In this document: positions 58,521-64,000 of the stretch, in pieces
How the letters are laid out: each line of letters starts with the position of its first letter
How positions within the stretch are numbered: the stretch's first letter is position 1
From: Mycobacterium sp.
Lineage (GTDB): Bacteria > Actinomycetota > Actinomycetes > Mycobacteriales > Mycobacteriaceae
Assembly: GCF_050700595.1 (NCBI RefSeq)
Contig: NZ_JBOHHI010000105.1
Span: forward strand, 11,845 to 75,844
Direction of reading: 5' to 3'
Length of the DNA stretch: 64,000 nt
Notes under the pieces: generated by a model
Database searches by the model: none
The model's input: only the letters and a program-made list of their open reading frames with translations
Told to the model about the DNA's origin: nothing
Translations under genes and position numbers: made by a program

Positions 58521-58721
58521 CTATTTCGACGACAGTTTGCGCCAACTCAATACCGCGATCACGATGCCAATCACCACCGTGATCGGACCAATGACGGACC
58601 AGGTCGTGGTGTTGCTCATCGGGCTACCACCAAGCACTCCGAATCCCTGGAGCGCCCAGATCAGACCGAACAGCGCGACGATCAACCCGACCGCGAGCGT
58701 AACGACGAAAGTCCTTCTCAT
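58521..58721 (-). CDS. small two-TM membrane protein
   Basis: 66 aa (MRRTFVVTLAVGLIVALFGLIWALQGFG...GPITVVIGIVIAVLSW). Its start codon lies 5 nt from the proposed IS left end. Confidence 0.5.
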   Translation of the reverse strand: MRRTFVVTLAVGLIVALFGLIWALQGFGVLGGSPMSNTTTWSVIGPITVVIGIVIAVLSWRKLSSK

Positions 58722-58789
58722 AGGGGGATGCTAGCTGTTTCGGGTTGAGTGGTGGGTAGTTGTCAGTGGTGTGCTGTAGGAACAACGGT

Positions 58790-59374
58790 ATGAATCTGGC
58801 GGCGTGGGCTGAGCGCAATGGTGTTGCGCGGGTGACCGCGTATCGCTGGTTTCACGCTGGTCTTTTGCCGGTACCCACCCGGCGAGTGGGTCGGCTGATT
58901 CTCGTGGACGCATCTGTTGGCGAGGCTGGCCCACGAGCGCGCACGGCGGTGTATGCGTGGGTTTCGTCGGTTGATCAGAAAGCGGATCTGGATCGGCAAG
59001 TGGCGCGGGTGACTGGGTGGGCCACGGCTGAACAGATCCGTGTCGACAAGGTCGTTGTTGAGGTCGGCTCCGCGCTCGATGGGCGTCGCGGTAAGTTCCT
59101 TGCTCTGCTGCGTGACCCGACGGTAAGTCGGATCGTGGTGGAACACCGAGACCGGTTTTGCCGGTTCGGCTCTGAGTACGTCGAGGCCGCTGTTGCCGCT
59201 GACGGCCGTGAGCTGGTGGTGGTCGATTCGGCCGAGGTCGATGACGACTTGGTGGCCGATATGACCGAGATCCTGACATCGATGTGCGCCCGGCTCTATG
59301 GCAAACGCGCTGCGCAGAACCGAGCCAAGCGTGCCCTCGCAGCCGCTGCAGCGAGTGACGTGGAGGCGGCCTGA
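58790..59374 (+). CDS. tnpA: IS607-family serine recombinase TnpA (MerR-like HTH + resolvase catalytic domain)
   Basis: From the ATG at 58790 the product reads MNLAAWAERNGVARVTAYRWFHAGLLP (HTH), followed by the catalytic Ser context AVYAWVSSVDQKADLDRQ. Confidence 0.85.
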   Translation: MNLAAWAERNGVARVTAYRWFHAGLLPVPTRRVGRLILVDASVGEAGPRARTAVYAWVSSVDQKADLDRQVARVTGWATAEQIRVDKVVVEVGSALDGRRGKFLALLRDPTVSRIVVEHRDRFCRFGSEYVEAAVAADGRELVVVDSAEVDDDLVADMTEILTSMCARLYGKRAAQNRAKRALAAAAASDVEAA

Positions 59375-59375
59375 G

Positions 59376-60755
59376 ATGCCGCGTTTCGAGATTCCCGACG
59401 GATGGTGTGTGCAGGCGTTCCGGTTCACCCTGGACCTGACCGAGGCTCAAGCTAGTTCGCTGGCCAGGCATTTCGGCGCGCGGCGCAAGGCCTACAACTG
59501 GGCCGTGGCCACGCTGAAAGCCGATATCGAAGCGTGGCACGCGGCCGGTATCCAAACGGCGAAGCCATCGCTTGCTCTGCTGCGCAAACGCTGGAACACC
59601 GTCAAAGACGACGTGTGCGTCAACGCCGAAACCGGGCAGCCGTGGTGGCGTGAATGCTCGAAGGAGGCCTACGCCGACGGAATCCGCGGCGCGGTCGACG
59701 CGTACTGGAACTGGCAGACCTCCCGGGCTGGCAAGCGGGCCGGCAAGAGGGTCGGTTTCCCGCGGTTCAAAAAGAAGGGCCGTGACGCTGATCGGGTGTG
59801 TTTCACCACCGGAGCGATGCGCGTGGAGCCCGACCGCAGGCATCTCACGCTGCCAGTGATCGGCACTGTCCGCACCCATGAGAACACCCGCCGCATCGAA
59901 CGGCTGATCCGTGCCGGCCGGGCTCGGGTGTTGGCGATCTCGCTGCGCCGCAACGGTACTCGTTTGGACGCGAGCGTGCGAGTGCTGGTCCAACGCCCTC
60001 AGCAACCCAGCATCGTGCGACCTAGTTCGCGGGTTGGTGTCGATGTCGGGGTGCGACGTTTGGCGACAGTCGCCACTGCTGACGGTGTCGTGATCGAGCG
60101 TGTTCAGAACCCGCGACCGCTGGATGGCGCACTGCGCAAGTTGCGGCATATGTGCCGGGCGCGGTCGCGTTGTGTGAAAGGATCGCGACGCTACCGCGAG
60201 CGCACCACCGAGCTTTCCCGGCTGCACCACCGGGTCAATGACGTCCGCACTCATCACCTGCATGTCCTGACAACACGGCTGGCCAAAACCCACGGCCGCA
60301 TCGTTGTTGAAGGTTTGGACGCTGCGGGGATGCTGCGGCAAAAGGGCCTCACGGGTGCGCGCGCCAGGCGGCGCGGACTCTCCGATGCGGCCCTGGGCAC
60401 CCCGCGCCGGCACTTGTCCTATAAGACAGGCTGGTACGGGTCGCAGCTGGTGGTCGCTGACCGCTGGTTCCCGTCGTCGAAAACCTGCCATGCCTGCGGC
60501 CATGTGCAGGACATCGGGTGGGCCGAACATTGGCAATGCGAGGCCTGTTCGGTGTCGCATCAACGTGATGACAACGCGTCCATCAATCTCGCACGCTACG
60601 AGGACACCATTAGCGTCGTCGGCCCAGTTGGGGCCGCCGTCAAGCGTGGAGCCGACCGTAAGACCCGGCCTGGCCGGGCTGGTGGCCATGAAGCGCGGAA
60701 GGGAACCGGCCACCCGGCCGGGAAACAACCCCGAGATGGGGTGCGAGTCGCGTGA
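59376..60755 (+). CDS. tnpB: TnpB (IS200/IS605 OrfB-type RNA-guided RuvC nuclease)
   Basis: From the ATG at 59376 (MPRFEIPDGW) the product is 459 aa. The RuvC triad contexts are VGVDVGVRRLA, IVVEGLD and RDDNASINLA. The zinc finger is CHACGH...CEAC. Confidence 0.85.
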   Translation: MPRFEIPDGWCVQAFRFTLDLTEAQASSLARHFGARRKAYNWAVATLKADIEAWHAAGIQTAKPSLALLRKRWNTVKDDVCVNAETGQPWWRECSKEAYADGIRGAVDAYWNWQTSRAGKRAGKRVGFPRFKKKGRDADRVCFTTGAMRVEPDRRHLTLPVIGTVRTHENTRRIERLIRAGRARVLAISLRRNGTRLDASVRVLVQRPQQPSIVRPSSRVGVDVGVRRLATVATADGVVIERVQNPRPLDGALRKLRHMCRARSRCVKGSRRYRERTTELSRLHHRVNDVRTHHLHVLTTRLAKTHGRIVVEGLDAAGMLRQKGLTGARARRRGLSDAALGTPRRHLSYKTGWYGSQLVVADRWFPSSKTCHACGHVQDIGWAEHWQCEACSVSHQRDDNASINLARYEDTISVVGPVGAAVKRGADRKTRPGRAGGHEARKGTGHPAGKQPRDGVRVA

Positions 60756-60847
60756 CCACTAAAGATCACTCACTCGCAACGGATGCTACGCACAAGAGAG
60801 GGATGTCGCGCCTTCGCCCAGCACGGGACGTGCATCCCGTGGCACCA

Positions 60848-61097
60848 CGGCAGAGGAGGTTCCGATGACGAAGATCTACTACGAGTCCGGCGCTGACTTG
60901 TCGGTGCTGGATGGGCAGCGGGTTGCCGTCGTCGGGTACGGCAACCAGGGCCGCTCGTGGGCGCTGAACCTGCGTGACTCGGGTCTCGCGGTGGAGGTCT
61001 TCACCCGGGCCGACGAATCCCGGGGCCAGGCCGAGGCCGAAGGCTTCCCGGCGCACGAGATCGAGGCGGCCGGCGACTGCGACGTGATCTGCACCCT
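60848..61097 (+). repeat. 250-bp direct repeat, left copy (ilvC-like SD plus first 77 codons)
   Basis: It aligns without gaps, apart from 1 nt in the SD region, to 62066-62316 at roughly nine matches in ten by eye. Homology ends abruptly after gatctgcaccct. Confidence 0.85.
60865..61097 (+). pseudogene. 3'-truncated fragment of a ketol-acid reductoisomerase gene (first ~77 codons)
   Basis: MTKIYYESGADLSVLDGQRVAVVGYGNQGRSWALNLRDSGLAVEVFTRADESRGQAEAEGFPAHEIEAAGDCDVICTL matches the N-terminus of 62084..63064. After 61097 the frame runs into the antisense of the HTH gene. Confidence 0.8.
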
Positions 61098-61119
61098 GAG
61101 CCGCTACCGCTGGGCCATG

Positions 61120-61341
61120 CTATGCCTCGGTGCGGCGCAGGATCGATTGGACGGCGGAACGGCTACACCCGAGCTGCTCGGCGATCTGCCCGTAAGACGC
61201 ACCCGCCTCCCGTAATGCCAATATCGCCTGGCGCCGCTCGGCGGCCTTGTGCTGCAATAGTTCTCTGGCTTGCCGCACCTCATCGGTAGCGACAACAGCC
61301 CGCGCAAACAGTGCCTCGGGGATATCCTGCCCGCTAGCCAT
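61120..61341 (-). CDS. small helix-turn-helix protein (resolvase/Hin-type or sigma region 4-like HTH)
   Basis: 73 aa (ILALREAGASYGQIAEQLGCSRSAVQSILRR). Confidence 0.5.
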   Translation of the reverse strand: MASGQDIPEALFARAVVATDEVRQARELLQHKAAERRQAILALREAGASYGQIAEQLGCSRSAVQSILRRTEA

Positions 61342-61462
61342 CAGAACGCCCCAGCGCCTCGGCGTGTGCCCTGAGCCGGGCGATCATGGCGGCGATCTGC
61401 TCCTATGCCGCCGATCGCGGCGTCCACCACCTGCGCGATGCGCTGAAGGAAGCGATCCGCCA

Positions 61463-61819
61463 TCAATTCAGCTCTGGATGCTGGCGTTCCCATGCGGCCC
61501 TGACATAGTCGGGCAGCCGCAGGGAGCGCCAAAGCTTGACGAGCAAGTCACGGTCGAGATATGCCAGCAGATCCTGCTCCGACGACGCGGACCGCAGAAC
61601 GGTCTCGTACATCGTCTGCGTACGACGCCGGATCTCGAGGTCATACTCGCGGGCAGGGGTCCAATCGATGTGCACCGGCAGAACGACCGTGCCGCTGGTC
61701 GGCCCATGCAGCTCGGAGAGGTCCTCGACGACGTAGGCGGGGCGAGTGTGTTCAACCGAAAGCCGCTCACCAGGACCTGGTTTCGCGTAGACCTTCATCA
61801 CTGCCACACTTTCGCTCAA
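61463..61819 (-). CDS. orphan paralogue of the small partner protein at 49818..50147
   Basis: The two proteins align: DLSELHGPTSGTVVLPVHIDWTPAREYDL...LLVKLWRSLRLPDYVRAAWERQHPEL against SLSALRGPASGVIGLPLAIYWGPPRLYDL...LLRRVWRALMLPERCRRIWESRFPDL. The likely start is the ATG at 61798; the TTG at 61819 is the track start. Confidence 0.6.
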   Translation of the reverse strand: MSESVAVMKVYAKPGPGERLSVEHTRPAYVVEDLSELHGPTSGTVVLPVHIDWTPAREYDLEIRRRTQTMYETVLRSASSEQDLLAYLDRDLLVKLWRSLRLPDYVRAAWERQHPELN

Positions 61820-61825
61820 ACGTCA

Positions 61826-61844
61826 TGTATAGGGCCACTATACA
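61826..61844. promoter_or_regulatory. perfect 7-bp inverted repeat TGTATAG-ggcca-CTATACA upstream of the orphan paralogue
   Basis: Read directly from 61826-61844. An additional TGTATC half-site lies at 61859-61864. Confidence 0.4.
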
Positions 61845-62015
61845 GCAGGTGCGTCCCCTGTATCTGGCATAAAGGTATGCGAGGAGGAGTTGGGGACTAC
61901 AGCAACGCCTGATACCGCAGGTGTCAGCGAATCGGCGGAGATGTACCCGCGACGGGGCAGACGGAGCTGCCGGGCATGGCCCCCCGCGTCCTTGTGGTGT
62001 CTGCCGCTAGATTGC

Positions 62016-62064
62016 GGCCATTGCGAAATGCCCACCTTCGAGCGATTCTTCATCGACCAGTACC
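62016..62064 (+). repeat. dispersed repeat, copy Y (forms the uORF upstream of the ilvC-like gene)
   Basis: ggccattgcgaaATGcccaccttcgagcgattcttcatcgaccagtac. It matches copy C2 at 39 of 48 alignment columns (3 gaps) by hand alignment. Confidence 0.7.
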
Positions 62065-62084
62065 GCGGCAGAGGAGGGTTCTGA
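62028..62084 (+). other. 18-codon upstream ORF (MPTFERFFIDQYRGRGGF) translationally coupled to the ilvC-like gene
   Basis: The ATG is at 62028 and the TGA at 62082-62084 shares its A with the ilvC-like ATG at 62084 (TGATG). The GAGGAGGG SD of the ilvC-like gene lies inside this ORF. The ORF is formed by one copy of the dispersed repeat. Confidence 0.35.
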
Positions 62085-62316
62085 TGACGATGATCTACTA
62101 CGAGTCCGACGCTGACCTGTCGGTGCTCCAAGGGCAGCGGGTTGCCGTCGTCGGCTACGGCAACCAGGGGCGCTCGTGGGCCCTGAACCTGCGTGACTCG
62201 GGCCTGGCGGTGGAGGTCTTCACCCGGGCCGACGACTCCCGGGACCAGGCCGAGGCCGAGGGCTTCCCGGCGCACGAGATCGAGGCGGCCAGCGACTGCG
62301 ACGTGATCTGCACCCT
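62066..62316 (+). repeat. 250-bp direct repeat, right copy (5' end of the intact ilvC-like gene)
   Basis: See the left copy at 60848-61097. Confidence 0.85.
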
Positions 62317-63064
62317 CATTCCCGACGACATCATCCCCGAGCTGCCCCTCACGCCCAAGCCCGCTGCGCTGTGGGTGCTGGCCTCGGGCTACGCGGCGGC
62401 CTTCGACCGGATCGACCCCGACTGCGACGTCGGCATGGTCGCCCCGCGGATGCTGGGTCCCGAGGTGCGGGCGTGCTACCTGGAAGGCGTCGGGTTCATC
62501 ACCGCGCTCGGTATCCACAAGGACAACACCGGGACCGCGCTGGCCCGCACGCTGGCCATCGCACGGGCGGTCGGCGGCTTGCGCCAAGGTGCCATCGAGA
62601 TGACGCCGCGCCAGGAGGCCATCCTCGACCTCGCGATGGAGCAGTTGTTCGCCCCGGCCATGGCCCGCGTCTCCACGAGCTTTGTCGCGCTCATGGCGGA
62701 GGCCGGCATCCCGCTTGAGGCGACCATGACCGAGCTCATGCTCTCGGGCGAGATCGAGCGCAACTACCGGCTGCTGCGGCTGGAAGGCTACGCCGCTCAG
62801 ATGCGCTACCACTCGCCGACCAGCCAGTACGGTCAGATGTCGCGGGCGGATCGCTACGACGGCGTCGACGTCGCCGCGGTGATGCGCGAGGTGCTGGGCG
62901 AGATCGAGTCGGGCAAGTTCGCCGACGAGTGGGAAGCCGAGCGCGACGCGGGCTATCCGAACCTGCAACGCCTGCGGGCCGAGAAGCTCAGCCCCGAGGT
63001 CTTCGCCTTCGAGAAGGACCTGCGCGAGCGCCTCGGCGAGCGGGTACGCGAAACGTCACCGTGA
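62084..63064 (+). CDS. ilvC: class I (short-form) ketol-acid reductoisomerase paralogue
   Basis: 326 aa with Rossmann motif VAVVGYGNQGRSWALNLRDSG and a KARI knotted-domain region (LDLAMEQLFAP...ELMLSGEIERNY). No ilvB/ilvN genes are adjacent, so it is probably a second copy. Confidence 0.75.
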   Translation: MTMIYYESDADLSVLQGQRVAVVGYGNQGRSWALNLRDSGLAVEVFTRADDSRDQAEAEGFPAHEIEAASDCDVICTLIPDDIIPELPLTPKPAALWVLASGYAAAFDRIDPDCDVGMVAPRMLGPEVRACYLEGVGFITALGIHKDNTGTALARTLAIARAVGGLRQGAIEMTPRQEAILDLAMEQLFAPAMARVSTSFVALMAEAGIPLEATMTELMLSGEIERNYRLLRLEGYAAQMRYHSPTSQYGQMSRADRYDGVDVAAVMREVLGEIESGKFADEWEAERDAGYPNLQRLRAEKLSPEVFAFEKDLRERLGERVRETSP

Positions 63065-63090
63065 GATCCGGTGCGCCAGCTTCCGGCGGG

Positions 63091-63843
63091 TTAGTGGCCG
63101 GCCTCGATGGCGGCGACGGTTGCGGCCGCCTCAGGCCCGCAGACGCGCTGGAGGTTCACGGTGCCGGCGGCCAATAGATCATCAATGCGGCGGCGGAGGT
63201 CGCCTGAGGAGACATGGGCGTAGAGGTTCGCACCCGGGCAAGAAGTCTGGGCTAGGTCCCGATGGCCGGCCAAGGTATCGGTCGCGACGCCAAAGTTCTG
63301 GGCGGCCCATGCGAACGCGAGAGCGGCTCCGTGAAGCTGGGCCTCCGACACAACCTCTTGATCGAAGTCTCCTTCGCAGAGGACGAGGAAATGGCCTGTT
63401 GTGTCGTAGTCTGTCGCAGTGTCGCCGGCAATCTCGGTGCTCCGCAGTTCGTAGATGTTGCCATTGCGGTCAACGCCGATGTGATAGGCGATGTCGATCC
63501 ATCCCAGCTGGTCCTGGTGGTATCGCTGATCCTGGCGCAATCGGCCTGGGGCATTACGGTTTTGGCCGAGGACCACGGCCTCGTGGTGGAGGGTCAAGCG
63601 GGTGATGGCGTGGGGCCTGCCGCCGGGGCGGGCAGGTCGCGCGCCCCAAGCGTCTCGGCATATCAACAGTGCCGAAGTGGCACTCGTCAGGCGGGCACTG
63701 GTCCTCGAGGTCGCAAACTTAGTCGGAGCCGAAAGCGGTGTTGAACAGGCGCTGACCATTGACGCCAAAGCGACGCTGCCTGCCAGCCGGAGCAGCTGAC
63801 GGCGGTTGACGGAATCGGGCCGGTCGCTACCAGGCACATCCAT
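63091..63843 (-). CDS. N-acetylmuramoyl-L-alanine amidase (amidase_2/PGRP domain), Tat/lipoprotein-type signal
   Basis: 250 aa with signal RRQLLRLAGSVALASMVSAC and amidase_2 motifs (LTLHHEAV...IAYHIGVDRNGNIYELR...TSCPG). Confidence 0.75.
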   Translation of the reverse strand: MDVPGSDRPDSVNRRQLLRLAGSVALASMVSACSTPLSAPTKFATSRTSARLTSATSALLICRDAWGARPARPGGRPHAITRLTLHHEAVVLGQNRNAPGRLRQDQRYHQDQLGWIDIAYHIGVDRNGNIYELRSTEIAGDTATDYDTTGHFLVLCEGDFDQEVVSEAQLHGAALAFAWAAQNFGVATDTLAGHRDLAQTSCPGANLYAHVSSGDLRRRIDDLLAAGTVNLQRVCGPEAAATVAAIEAGH

Positions 63844-63857
63844 GGCCTCACGACCCT

Positions 63858-64000
63858 TCAGCGACCGGTGAACATCGGGGCGCGGCGCCCGGCCGCTGCC
63901 GCCACGCCCTCGCGGAAGTCGGCGGTATCCCGTAGTCGGGTTTGTTCTTCGAGCTCGCGGGCGGTGGCCGCGGCGACAGCCTCGGCGAGGCCGGCGCGCA
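63858..64000 (-). CDS. enoyl-CoA hydratase-family protein, C-terminal end only
   Basis: My own minus-strand translation reads ...AGLAEAVAAATARELEEQTRLRDTADFREGVAAAAGRRAPMFTGR, with the stop at 63860-63858. This is the typical crotonase C-terminus (DFREGV...KR.P.F.GR). Confidence 0.55.
   Translation of the reverse strand, partial: RAGLAEAVAAATARELEEQTRLRDTADFREGVAAAAGRRAPMFTGR

Larger units (their letters stand above)
58726..60788 (+). mobile_element. IS607-family insertion sequence (tnpA serine recombinase + tnpB)
   Basis: A serine-recombinase gene and a tnpB gene are 1 nt apart. The same 8-mer GGATGCTA occurs at 58726-58733 and 60781-60788, just outside the two genes. I saw no terminal inverted repeats, which fits IS607-type elements. 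The ends are approximate. Confidence 0.75.

Noticed and set aside
58731-60728. 665-aa minus-strand ORF spanning the whole IS607-family element
   Set aside because: It is antisense to tnpA and tnpB, both of which have clear catalytic motifs. Its Arg/Pro-rich composition points to an artefact.
61838-62968. 376-aa minus-strand ORF antisense to the ilvC-like gene (a similar one lies at 60766..61056 opposite the fragment)
   Set aside because: It mirrors the KARI coding region on the opposite strand in both repeat copies. It has no motifs and a GC-artefact composition.

Overview
This is a high-GC actinobacterial chromosome segment, clearly from a slow-growing Mycobacterium. Positions 1 to about 35,000 form a conserved core block. 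It is collinear, in inverted orientation, with M. tuberculosis H37Rv Rv0648 down to Rv0629c. The order is GH38 alpha-mannosidase, ABC1 kinase, lipG, mmaA1/mmaA2/mmaA4 (no mmaA3), rplA-rplK-nusG-secE-tRNA-Trp, hadC-hadB-hadA, rpmG, tRNA-Met, tRNA-Thr, MBL hydrolase, an Rv0633c-like gene, echA3 and recC-recB-recD. Three lineage-specific insertions interrupt it. One is a DinB-family gene plus a second alpha/beta hydrolase. One is a tandem-YciI gene plus an ECF sigma factor between mmaA4 and rplA. One is a block of about 6.4 kb between echA3 and recC carrying two tandem patatins, cynS, a DsbE-like/CcdA pair, a BlaI-like repressor, a methyltransferase, a nitroreductase and a stand-alone HD hydrolase. 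From about 35 kb to 63 kb the window is an accessory mosaic. It contains a decayed arylsulfatase, a vapBC module followed by a NYN/OST-HTH gene, and an orphan Xre/DUF2384-like antitoxin-type gene. It also contains a three-gene cassette (AbrB-like, RelE/ParE-like, giant SEC-C/TPR protein), a deletion-fused vapBC relic, and a DUF1814 (AbiEii/MenT-type) nucleotidyltransferase toxin with a small non-canonical partner preceded by phased iterons. Further along are a FIST gene whose decayed second copy brackets a 2.9 kb insert, an IS607-family element with intact tnpA and tnpB, and a ketol-acid reductoisomerase paralogue whose 5' 250 bp is duplicated around a 968 bp cassette. A short dispersed repeat of about 45-50 nt, always in the same orientation, recurs at the 5' edges of several of these cassettes. 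I saw no rRNA, no CRISPR array and no cas genes. All calls rest on reading the supplied translations and the DNA by eye. No database search was run, so family names are motif-level recognitions.
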